NCBI GenBank assembly: GCA_964011675.1
Contig: CAXGPR010000002.1
Coordinates: 26,216 to 90,215 of the forward strand
Direction: 5' to 3'
Source: an uncultured bacterium
GTDB taxonomy: Bacteria; Latescibacterota; UBA2968; UBA8231
DNA length: 64,000 bases
Shown: piece after piece, positions 25,842 to 34,390 of the stretch
Layout: the number at the start of each line of letters is the position of its first letter
Numbering within the stretch: position 1 is the first letter of the stretch
Translations under genes and position numbers: made by a program
The notes under the pieces: model-generated
The model's database searches: none
Seen by the model: only the letters and a program-made list of their open reading frames with translations
What the model was told of the DNA's origin: nothing

Positions 25842-27020
25842 ATGGACCGGCGAACGTTTTTAGGTGTTGGGCTGGGCGCGCTGGCCCCGTGGTCTGCTGC
25901 TTCTTGGAGCTGGGCTATGCCCAGCGAACAGAGGATGCGAGCGCGGTCTATAGGCATCGTTATTGGCTTTATGGAGCCGGGCCCGTTGAACGCTATTACC
26001 GACGTGCCTGGAGTGCGGGTTGGCCACGTGACGCTCGTTAGCGGCGAAGGCCCACTTGTTGTTGGAGAGGGTCCTGTGCGCACGGGTGTGACGGCGATTT
26101 TGCCGCATGGGGGTATGCTGTCAAAAGAGGCGTGCCACGCAGCTGATTTTACGCTGAATGGTAACGGAGAATTGACGGGCGTCGGCCTTGTTCGGCAGCG
26201 CGGAATTTTGGCTGCCCCAATCCTTTTCACCAATACGTCGAGCGTAGGCAACGCGTATGACGGCGCGCTTGAGTGGATGATGGACCGAGACCCGACACTT
26301 TTTAATCGTGGATATCGAATCGAACCTGTTGTAGGAGAGACGTGGGGCGACTTTCTCAATGATACAGCGGGACGACACGTGCGGCCAGAGCACGCATATG
26401 AAGCCATTGAGACAGCACAGAGCGGGCCCGTGGAAGAGGGATGTGTCGGCGGTGGGACTGCTATGCGTGCGTTTAATTTCAAAGCGGGTATTGGAACTGC
26501 ATCGCGCATCGTTACCTGTGCAGATGCGCGATACACGGTGGGCGTTATCGTGCAGTCGAATTTTGGCCGCCGCGACCAGCTACGCGTTGACGGAGTACCG
26601 GTGGGGAGAGAAATGCCTGAACGCATGCCTCAGCGAGGTAGTGACAAAAAAAACAAGTCCCTGCTGGTGGCCGTGGCAACCGATGCGCCGCTTATTCCAG
26701 TGCAACTCCAGCGCTTGTGTAAACGCGCATCTATGGGGCTGGCGCGTACGGGGGCGATTTCTTCGCACGGTAGTGGGGATCTCTTTATTGCTTTTTCCAC
26801 AGGTAAGAACGTCGTGCAGGAACAGCCCGCTGATCTATTTGCGCTAAAGAATCGCTGGATTTCGCATTTGCATCAAGCAGTAATAGAAGCGACAGAAGAG
26901 TCCATTCTCAACTCGTTGACGATGGCGCATTCAATGACAGGACGCGACGGTAATACCTATCACGCACTGCCGCTTGATAGCTTGGTTCAGATTATGCGCG
27001 CGCATGGGAGAATTAAGTGA
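25842..27020 (+). CDS. S58/DmpA-family (P1) aminopeptidase with a Tat signal peptide
   Basis: It has an RRTFLGVGLGALA twin-arginine leader and the DmpA motifs NAITDVPGVRVGHVT ... TGVTAIL. Confidence 0.7.
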   Translation: MDRRTFLGVGLGALAPWSAASWSWAMPSEQRMRARSIGIVIGFMEPGPLNAITDVPGVRVGHVTLVSGEGPLVVGEGPVRTGVTAILPHGGMLSKEACHAADFTLNGNGELTGVGLVRQRGILAAPILFTNTSSVGNAYDGALEWMMDRDPTLFNRGYRIEPVVGETWGDFLNDTAGRHVRPEHAYEAIETAQSGPVEEGCVGGGTAMRAFNFKAGIGTASRIVTCADARYTVGVIVQSNFGRRDQLRVDGVPVGREMPERMPQRGSDKKNKSLLVAVATDAPLIPVQLQRLCKRASMGLARTGAISSHGSGDLFIAFSTGKNVVQEQPADLFALKNRWISHLHQAVIEATEESILNSLTMAHSMTGRDGNTYHALPLDSLVQIMRAHGRIK

Positions 27021-28036
27021 AGACGCTGCATAGAGAGGGTATTCAAATTGGTCAGTTTGAGTCGGGTGCGCGCGATTCGATTGCCGATGTGAGAGGGGTT
27101 CGAGTTGGCCATGTGGATATCGAGGTCGAAGATGCACAAATCGGCCTGAGCATTGTTGAGCCCTATCCATTTTCTGAGGAAAAGCGGAGACTCTATATTG
27201 GGCGCTGGTCTCTCGATGGTGGAGGCAGTACTTCTGGTTTGGGTGTAGCAGAAGATTTTGGCACGCTCTCTGCACCAATTGCCGTTGTGCCTGGCCCTGC
27301 TTTTGGACGCGCGTATGAGGCTTTAATACACCAGAGTATTCGACGAGATCGTGGTCTCTCCACCGATGCTGGATGGCCGCCTTTTGTGATAGGTATGGAC
27401 GATGGCGTGTGGAACGACGCCCGGCGGGTATATGAAAGCGTAGAGCAACGCGATTTAAATCAAGCCCTTTCAGACGCTAGTGAAGCGTTCTTAGAGGGTA
27501 GCGTGGGCATTGGACGTTCGCTGCGTGCATTTGGCTTGCGGGGGGGGGTGGGCAGCGCATCTCGTCGAGTCGGACCGCAACATGTTGGCGCATTCGTCGC
27601 AGTCAACGGCGGGCTCCCTGGAGATCTACGCGTTAACGGACAGGCCGTGCGGATCCCTGGGTCTATAGCCGGCGGACCGCAGGAGTTTGTCGCCGTGTTG
27701 GCTACCGACGCGCCTCTGCTTCCCTTTCAGCTACGAGCTCTTGCGCAGCGTGCGGCGTTAGGTGCGAGCCGCTGCGGCCTGTGGAATCCGCTCACGCGTG
27801 AGGCACAAGTATGCGTGTTCACTACGATAAGATCTGAAGGTGATGTGACGAACGTCGAGCTTAATCGCATATCGGCAACAGATGATGATACGTTGTATGC
27901 GCTCTTTCAGGCTGGCGCAGAAACGGTGGAATCAGCTACTGTAAGTGCATTGTGTGAAGCAAAGCCGCTACAAGTAAATGGGCATTCGCTAGGTGTATTA
28001 GATATTAGTATGCTGCCAAGAAAAATGTATGATTGA
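27017..28036 (+). CDS. Second S58/DmpA-family peptidase (cytoplasmic)
   Basis: It has IADVRGVRVGHVDI ... LATDAPLLP. A GTGA start/stop overlap with the upstream gene indicates an operon. Confidence 0.7.
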   Translation: MKTLHREGIQIGQFESGARDSIADVRGVRVGHVDIEVEDAQIGLSIVEPYPFSEEKRRLYIGRWSLDGGGSTSGLGVAEDFGTLSAPIAVVPGPAFGRAYEALIHQSIRRDRGLSTDAGWPPFVIGMDDGVWNDARRVYESVEQRDLNQALSDASEAFLEGSVGIGRSLRAFGLRGGVGSASRRVGPQHVGAFVAVNGGLPGDLRVNGQAVRIPGSIAGGPQEFVAVLATDAPLLPFQLRALAQRAALGASRCGLWNPLTREAQVCVFTTIRSEGDVTNVELNRISATDDDTLYALFQAGAETVESATVSALCEAKPLQVNGHSLGVLDISMLPRKMYD

Positions 28037-29141
28037 CCTGCTCAATACGCCGAGCCACGTCGCCGCTTTTCGTACTGCTCTTCTCGCATGGTATAGAGTC
28101 AACAAGCGCTCGTTTGAATGGCGTGATAGCGATAATCCCTATCACGTGTGGATTTCTGAAATTATGCTTCAGCAAACCCGCGTTGATCAGATGGATGCAT
28201 ATTTTACGCGTTTTATTTCACGTTTTCCCGCGCTTGTGGATTTAGCTGTTGCACAGGAAGGCGACGTGTTGAAAGTGTGGGAAGGATTGGGTTACTATGC
28301 GCGTGCGCGGAACATGCACAAGGCCGCACAGCTGATGGTTACCCAATATGAAGGTCAGATTCCAGACTCCTACGAAGAGTTAATTTCCTTACCGGGTATT
28401 GGCACATATACGGCAGCGGCCGTAAGCAGTATCGCATTCGATCGCGATCACGCCGTACTAGACGGGAACGTAGTGCGCGTGCTGTGCCGTTTGCTGCGAA
28501 TAGAAGAAGATCCACGCCGCGCCGCGACTAAGAAACAGCTTATATATGCGAGCCAACGCCTTTTGCAGCCGGGACAAGCCGGCGATTTTAATCAAGGCAT
28601 GATGGAACTGGGCGCGCGCGTATGCACTCCGCAGAAGCCGGACTGCCAAACGTGTCCGGTAGAGGAACTGTGTCGGGTTAAAGCCGAGCTGTATAATCCG
28701 ACTTTACTGCCTTTGAAAGCGCCGAAAAAACGGAAGCCGCATTATCCTGTAGCGGCGGGGCTGATCTTGAAAGGAGATCAGGTGCTCATCGCGCAGCGAC
28801 CTCGCGATGGCATGTTAGGCGGGCTGTGGGAATTTCCAGGAGGAAAACGCGAAAAGGGAGAGTCACTGCAGGAATGTCTGCGTAGAGAGATTCGCGAGGA
28901 GCTAGATTTTGAGATAGAGGTGGGAGAAGTGCTGTGCAGCGTTGACCACGCGTACACGCACTTCAGCATAACACTCCATGCCCTAAGTGCACGATATAAG
29001 GAAGGGCAACCCAAGGCGATAGGATGCGAGGATTGGCGTTGGGTCTACCCCGAACAGCTAGACGACTTCGCCTTTCCGCGCAGCGACCGAAAGGTGATTG
29101 AATTTGTGCGCCAGCGGGGATGGCAGTTGGCGCTTTTTTAA
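28029..29141 (+). CDS. mutY: A/G-specific adenine DNA glycosylase MutY
   Basis: It has HhH-GPD (LPGIGTYTAAAV), a 4Fe-4S cysteine cluster (C..C.....C....C) and a C-terminal NUDIX-like domain. Confidence 0.85.
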   Translation: MIDLLNTPSHVAAFRTALLAWYRVNKRSFEWRDSDNPYHVWISEIMLQQTRVDQMDAYFTRFISRFPALVDLAVAQEGDVLKVWEGLGYYARARNMHKAAQLMVTQYEGQIPDSYEELISLPGIGTYTAAAVSSIAFDRDHAVLDGNVVRVLCRLLRIEEDPRRAATKKQLIYASQRLLQPGQAGDFNQGMMELGARVCTPQKPDCQTCPVEELCRVKAELYNPTLLPLKAPKKRKPHYPVAAGLILKGDQVLIAQRPRDGMLGGLWEFPGGKREKGESLQECLRREIREELDFEIEVGEVLCSVDHAYTHFSITLHALSARYKEGQPKAIGCEDWRWVYPEQLDDFAFPRSDRKVIEFVRQRGWQLALF

Positions 29142-30091
29142 GGGAGAAAGTATTGGCTACAGAAGAAAATTCGTTGGACAAGGCAAGAAGACGCGGCCCC
29201 GGCTTACTGCTGCGCGGTATGTGCATGGGGACTGCTGACGTGATACCCGGAGTATCCGGCGGCACTGTCGCTCTGATCATGGGTATATACGATGAACTGG
29301 TAAGCACCATTGCCTCTATTGACGGTCGCGTGCTGCAGGCGCTGCTGCGCGGCCGCGTGATCAAAGTGCTAAGTCTGGTTAACGCCGGTTTCCTCGTACC
29401 TATTCTAGCGGGTATTATATTGGCCATTGCGACGTTTGCTAAATTAATAACTTATTTACTCGCAATGTATCCTCAGCCAGTGTGGGGGTTTTTTACTGGG
29501 TTGATTCTCGCTAGTGCGCTTTATGTCGCTCGGCAGATCGAACGAGGATACGGCGTAAAAATTCCTCTTTTTATCGCGTTTGGTACGGCTTTCGGTTATG
29601 GTATAACAGTTTTGGTTCCAGTGGAAACGGGCACGGAGAGCTATAAATTTATACTGGCTGGTCTCGTTGCAATTTGCGCCATGATCCTACCGGGAATTAG
29701 CGGTTCGTTTCTACTCGTAATTATGGGCAAATATCAGCAGGTATTCAGTGCGGTTCATGAGCGAGATTGGCAGGTCATAGCACTTTTTGGTCTTGGTGCC
29801 GTAACGGGTGTATTGATTTTCTCTCGTCTTCTAAAGCGACTGCTCGCTCGTTATTACTCTGCAACAATGGCGTTTTTAGTTGGGCTTATGCTGGGATCCC
29901 TGCGCAAGGTATGGCCTTTTCGCACCGTGCTGGAAGAACGCGTAGTCGGATCTAAAACGCTGGTTCTGCGCGATGAATGCATATGGCCACCTGAGTTTGC
30001 TGGTGAAGTATGGCTTAGCTTTGGTCTGATGGGTATGGGGGCAGTGTTGGTTCTCGTATTGGAGCAGATTGGGCAGCGGGATAGAAGATAA
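29120..30091 (+). CDS. DUF368-family polytopic membrane protein
   Basis: It has GTADVIPGVSGGTVALIMG and multiple TM segments. An alternative TTG start at 29153 lies 6 nt after an AAGGGAG RBS. Confidence 0.55.
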   Translation: MAVGAFLREKVLATEENSLDKARRRGPGLLLRGMCMGTADVIPGVSGGTVALIMGIYDELVSTIASIDGRVLQALLRGRVIKVLSLVNAGFLVPILAGIILAIATFAKLITYLLAMYPQPVWGFFTGLILASALYVARQIERGYGVKIPLFIAFGTAFGYGITVLVPVETGTESYKFILAGLVAICAMILPGISGSFLLVIMGKYQQVFSAVHERDWQVIALFGLGAVTGVLIFSRLLKRLLARYYSATMAFLVGLMLGSLRKVWPFRTVLEERVVGSKTLVLRDECIWPPEFAGEVWLSFGLMGMGAVLVLVLEQIGQRDRR

Positions 30092-30113
30092 ATGTTGCTG
30101 CCTTCGTAGCCAA

Positions 30114-30332
30114 CTACTCGTCCATTTCATCAATTTCATCGCGTGCTGCGCGAAAACGCTGTATTCGACGGTAAAATATATATACCAAGCCAGCCAATGC
30201 CGTGTAGAGGACGAGTTCGTAGATAAATCCTTCCCAGCCCAGCACGACAGGCCAAAGAGCGAAGATACTAACGAGAATAAAGACATCTTCAATCAGGCGA
30301 CTTTTCTTGCCGGGATCATGCTCTTCAGACAT
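30114..30332 (-). CDS. Small two-TM membrane protein of unknown function
   Basis: It has an acidic N-terminus and two hydrophobic helices. It overlaps the Slt stop by 8 nt. Confidence 0.35.
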   Translation of the reverse strand: MSEEHDPGKKSRLIEDVFILVSIFALWPVVLGWEGFIYELVLYTALAGLVYIFYRRIQRFRAARDEIDEMDE

Positions 30333-32454
30333 CGGATAGTGCCTTGTATATCGCGTAGTTTTTGAGGACTAATTTGACGTAGAGCCGGGTTTCCTTAAAG
30401 GGAATTCGTTCAATGAAGGCGTCAGCATCGTTATGTGGGAATCGTTCTAACCACTGCCGTGCATTATGTGGACCGGCGTTGTATGCAGCCAGACCCAGTT
30501 CAAACCCCATATCAGCTGTTGTCCCATTTGTAAATTGTCGCACTTGGTCTCCTAAGAAATAGCTGCCGAGCCGGATAGAGACGTCCGGATCGTACAGGGA
30601 AGAGTGCTTGAAGCGATGCATGCCTATATGAGCGGCTAGTTTTTTTCCCGTCTTGGGCATAATTTGCATCAGTCCGCGCGCTCCCGCGCGCGAGGTCGCT
30701 CCCTCGTTAAACGTACTTTCCTGCCGTATTACAGACAAGACTAGATAGGGATCTACTTTGGCCTCGGTTGCCGCTGTAACGATTTCTTCCCAGTAGTAGT
30801 TGGGGTATACGCGTTCCCAATCGCTTCGCTTGTCGTTGGCGACAAAAATGCGTATGGAAAGTCTAAGGGCGCGGCTAAGGAAGCCAAGCGCCTCGTATCG
30901 GTCGCGGATCAGTTCGAGCCTTTCTACGCTGCTTTCGTTCAGTTTTTCAGCTCGTCCAATCTCTCGGCGTGCCTGTTGGTGTAAGCCCAGTGAAAAGAGT
31001 GCGTCGCTTCTTGCCAAGTGGTCCGCTCCCTTTATGTCCTCTATCGAGAGCAGGCTGCGTTCGGGGGCACCCACCCGTTCCAGAGCCCCGAGTTGGCCGT
31101 AGCCCATTTTGACTGCGCGCGTTGAATAGTATGAGCGGGGAAACCCATCGGCTGCTCGGTTATAATAGCTCTGTGACTCTACGCTGCGGCCTAACTCTGC
31201 GGCTGCCTTCCCGGCCCAGTAAAGACTCTGGTCGACAACATGCGGCTGCTGCGCTATTTTGCTGAGTCGTTCGAATACATGCAGTGCTTTGTCAAACTCG
31301 CTTCGACAGTAAAATGTAAAGCCGATTCCCCAGCCTGCATCATCGCGATAAGTGCTTTGCGGGTGACGGCTGACTAGTAGCTTGTATAGTCGCTCCGCCT
31401 CGGAAAAACGATTGTTGCGTTCGGCTGATTTGGCTGCCTGCCACAGGGCGTCATCAGCTAAGCTGTGTTGTGGATATTGACGAGAAAAACGTTCATAAAT
31501 AGCGATGGCATCAGCTTCGTTATTGCGGGTGATATATACGCCCCCAATGCGATAGAGGGCCGAGGGCAATCCGTACTGTTCGTACGTTTTCTCAAACGTG
31601 CGGATTGCGGTTTCATACTGGCCGAGGCCCAGCTGTGAAAGAGCCAAGTTGTAGTACGCATCCGCTACGCGCTGGTCGTGTGGGAATCTCTTTATAAATT
31701 GCTGAAAGCGCTTTTTGGAGTCGGCGTAGCGCTTGTGCGCATGGTAGGTAGAAGCAACGGCAAAAGCTGCTTTCGCATTGAGCGGTCCCTCGATGTCAAT
31801 AGCAGCTCTGAGCGCGCGTTTGTCTTTGGGGTATTCTTCCATAAGCTGAACGTATTGGCGATATGCAACGTCTTTTTGACCAGCTTCTAGGTGCGCTAAA
31901 GCGATGGAATAAATCGATCGGGGCGCTAGGGCCGGTTCTTCCATCAGCTCTTCATATAATTCGATGGCGGCCTGATGATTATCAGACTCCATATGGAGTG
32001 CTGCCAGCCGCTGACGTGCGGAACCTGCTAAAATGGATTGACTATTTTGGGTGAGAAAATGTCGATAATGGGTGACTGCCGCTTCAACCTGCTCCATGTC
32101 CTCTAGTGCTTGTGCCATCCAAAATTGGCGATAGGATTCGAGCAGTGGGGGAGGCATTGGTAGATCGCGAAGTCGCGTGTGGGCCTGTTCGGGCTTGCCT
32201 AAGTTGAGTTCACACAGCGCCATTTGCAATTGGCGCTGTGTGGATTCTTCTGATGTGATAGAATCTGCCTGCGTGCGATTGAGCTGTTGGTAGGCTTGCG
32301 CGTAGTTACCGTCGGCAATAAGCTGGCTTATTTGGCCTCGACGGGGCGGTTGGTAGGTGTCTGGGCCGAAGAAATACAGATAGGCGACTAAGGGCAGGAA
32401 GAGTAGAAGGCTGCCGCCTACTGCAAGTAACGCCATGCGAGTCTGTCGATTCAT
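30325..32454 (-). CDS. slt: Soluble lytic murein transglycosylase (Slt70-like; TPR superhelix plus C-terminal SLT domain)
   Basis: It has a signal anchor, TPR-like repeats and the SLT motif LVLSVIRQESTFNEGATSRAGARGLMQIMPKTG. Confidence 0.8.
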   Translation of the reverse strand: MNRQTRMALLAVGGSLLLFLPLVAYLYFFGPDTYQPPRRGQISQLIADGNYAQAYQQLNRTQADSITSEESTQRQLQMALCELNLGKPEQAHTRLRDLPMPPPLLESYRQFWMAQALEDMEQVEAAVTHYRHFLTQNSQSILAGSARQRLAALHMESDNHQAAIELYEELMEEPALAPRSIYSIALAHLEAGQKDVAYRQYVQLMEEYPKDKRALRAAIDIEGPLNAKAAFAVASTYHAHKRYADSKKRFQQFIKRFPHDQRVADAYYNLALSQLGLGQYETAIRTFEKTYEQYGLPSALYRIGGVYITRNNEADAIAIYERFSRQYPQHSLADDALWQAAKSAERNNRFSEAERLYKLLVSRHPQSTYRDDAGWGIGFTFYCRSEFDKALHVFERLSKIAQQPHVVDQSLYWAGKAAAELGRSVESQSYYNRAADGFPRSYYSTRAVKMGYGQLGALERVGAPERSLLSIEDIKGADHLARSDALFSLGLHQQARREIGRAEKLNESSVERLELIRDRYEALGFLSRALRLSIRIFVANDKRSDWERVYPNYYWEEIVTAATEAKVDPYLVLSVIRQESTFNEGATSRAGARGLMQIMPKTGKKLAAHIGMHRFKHSSLYDPDVSIRLGSYFLGDQVRQFTNGTTADMGFELGLAAYNAGPHNARQWLERFPHNDADAFIERIPFKETRLYVKLVLKNYAIYKALSDV

Positions 32455-32589
32455 ATTGGTTGTAGCTATGTATTGCCCAAATGGTTAAGGATAAATGAGC
32501 TACGTAATTTTACAGCTAAAATAAAAAGGGGAGTCCTTCTAGGCCAAGCGCAAAAATTAGGCTCGTCTAAAAAGCGGAGCATATTAGGA

Positions 32590-32775
32590 TCACTTGTCTT
32601 TTATTTGTTGGTCCAGCGAGTCGGAGAATGTCGACGGTCTCATAGGTTGCTGGCTTTTCTCCGCTTCTTCTAGCGCTTTGAGATGGCGACGCACTTCGCT
32701 CAAACCGGCGTATATTTCCCGGTTTAGTTTTTCCAGTTTCGGAGAAAACTGGCCAGATAAAGGAGATGTGTTCAT
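32590..32775 (-). CDS. Small charged/coiled-coil hypothetical protein (61 aa)
   Basis: The ORF alone supports it. It is co-oriented with its neighbours and lies between the lpdA terminator-like palindrome and slt. Confidence 0.25.
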   Translation of the reverse strand: MNTSPLSGQFSPKLEKLNREIYAGLSEVRRHLKALEEAEKSQQPMRPSTFSDSLDQQIKDK

Positions 32776-32894
32776 ATTCTTAACTTATGCTTCAGACAAT
32801 AGTTTCCCATTAAAGAGCAAAATATATGCCATATCACACGATTTTTTTGGGCGATATAAGGTGCTGTTTATGTAAGCTTTACAGGTGCTTAATT

Positions 32895-32947
32895 CATGCT
32901 AGACAATGCGCGATGGAAAGAATTTCCATCGCGCATTGCCTAGCATG
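32895..32947. repeat. 53-nt near-perfect palindrome: 8-bp outer arms around a single mismatch, a 16-bp perfect inner stem and a gaa loop
   Basis: The sequence is catgctag-a-caatgcgcgatggaaa-gaa-tttccatcgcgcattg-c-ctagcatg. It lies 23 nt downstream of the lpdA stop. No U/T tract follows it on either strand. Confidence 0.5.
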
Positions 32948-32969
32948 AGAAGACTTTACCCTGTAAAGC

Positions 32970-34382
32970 CTACCGTTTTGGAGCGTACAGATGTGGGCTC
33001 TGTCCGTAGTACACCTCGGCCGTTTCCATAACCGTTTCGGAAAGCGTTGGGTGTGGATGGATGGAAAGCTGAACGTCTGAAGCGAGTGCGGCCATTTCTA
33101 CGGCGAGCACGCCTTCGGCGATAAGTTCTCCTGCGTTCGCACCGGCGACACCGACGCCAAGGATGCGGTCTGTAGACGGATCAATAAGCATTTTAGTCAG
33201 ACCATCGTTGCGAGCAATGGCCGTCGCCCGCCCCGATGCGCTCCACGGGAAGCGCGCCACCTTGACATCAATGCCCTCTGCTTTCGCCTGCTCTTCTGTT
33301 AGACCACACCAGGCAATCTCGGGGTCGGTGTAGACCACGTTGGGTATTGCGCGTGGCTCAAAGACGAGTTTGTTGTGCCCCGCTAAAATTTCGGCAACGA
33401 GTGTCCCTTGATGAGAGGCTGTATGCGCTAGAGCTGCACCAACAATGTCTCCGATCGCAAATATGTTGGACTCGCTGGTGCGCATTTGACCGTCTACTTG
33501 TACATAGCCACGTTTATCCAATTCAATGCGCGTGTTTTCCAAGCCTAGATTGTCGGAGTTAGGAATCCTACCAACAGATAGTAATAGCTTGGAAAACACG
33601 TGTTGAGATGCGCTTCCATCAAGTCCTTCAAAATGAACTTCAATGCCTACATCTATTGGGTTTATTGCCGTTACCTTTGTGTTCAACCACAAGTTGGTGA
33701 AGCTTTTTTCCACGCATGAATGTAGAGGTTTCACTAAGTCGCGGTCAGCTGGCGGCACGAGGCCAGACATCATCTCGACAACGGAGACTTTACTACCAAG
33801 TGCGGCGTAGACTTGTCCCAATTCCATTCCGATAATGCCGCCGCCGACAATGAGCAGGCTTTCGGGAATATCCTCTAGGGCAAGAGCACTTGTCGAATCC
33901 ATTAAGCGCGTGTCATCCATACGAAAAACGCTCGGTACGGTAGGGCGCGAGCCGCTTGCTAAAAGCGCATGCTCAAATTCGATCGACTGCGTTCCTCCCT
34001 CTGCTAATTCGACTTCCAAGGCGTTTTTGTTGGTGAAACGAGCGTGCCCGCGAACGTGATTTAGCTTGCGGGCCTTTACCAGTTGGCCCAATCCCCCGGT
34101 CATTTTAGCAACTACGCCGTCCTTGTACGCGCGCAGTTTGTCCAAGTCTATAATTGGCTCTGCAAACTGCACGCCCCAGTGGTGAGCTTCTTTGCTCTCG
34201 TTGAGGAGCTTAGCCACGTGTAACAGCGCCTTGGATGGAATACAGCCGCGATAAAGGCAAACGCCGCCTGGATTGGCTTCTGGATCCACCAACGTCACAT
34301 CCAAACCGAGATCTGCCGCCTTGAACGCTGCCACGTAGCCGCCTGGGCCTCCACCTATGACAACGAGTTGTGTTTTATGCAT
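32970..34382 (-). CDS. lpdA: Dihydrolipoyl dehydrogenase (E3)
   Basis: It has the FAD motif VIGGGPGG and the redox-active GGVCLYRGCIPSK. Confidence 0.9.
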   Translation of the reverse strand: MHKTQLVVIGGGPGGYVAAFKAADLGLDVTLVDPEANPGGVCLYRGCIPSKALLHVAKLLNESKEAHHWGVQFAEPIIDLDKLRAYKDGVVAKMTGGLGQLVKARKLNHVRGHARFTNKNALEVELAEGGTQSIEFEHALLASGSRPTVPSVFRMDDTRLMDSTSALALEDIPESLLIVGGGIIGMELGQVYAALGSKVSVVEMMSGLVPPADRDLVKPLHSCVEKSFTNLWLNTKVTAINPIDVGIEVHFEGLDGSASQHVFSKLLLSVGRIPNSDNLGLENTRIELDKRGYVQVDGQMRTSESNIFAIGDIVGAALAHTASHQGTLVAEILAGHNKLVFEPRAIPNVVYTDPEIAWCGLTEEQAKAEGIDVKVARFPWSASGRATAIARNDGLTKMLIDPSTDRILGVGVAGANAGELIAEGVLAVEMAALASDVQLSIHPHPTLSETVMETAEVYYGQSPHLYAPKR

Positions 34383-34390
34383 GGGTATTA

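Noticed and set aside
25667-26626. A 319-aa ORF antisense to the Tat-DmpA peptidase gene. Similar long antisense or off-frame ORFs occur at 6022-6654, 53205-54056, 59020-59724, 55432-55968, 28963-29427 and 29876-30292.
   Set aside because: Each lies entirely within a CDS on the other strand or frame that has clear family signatures. Their composition is Pro/Arg/Ser-rich and low-complexity, typical of GC-skewed antisense frames. None has recognisable motifs.
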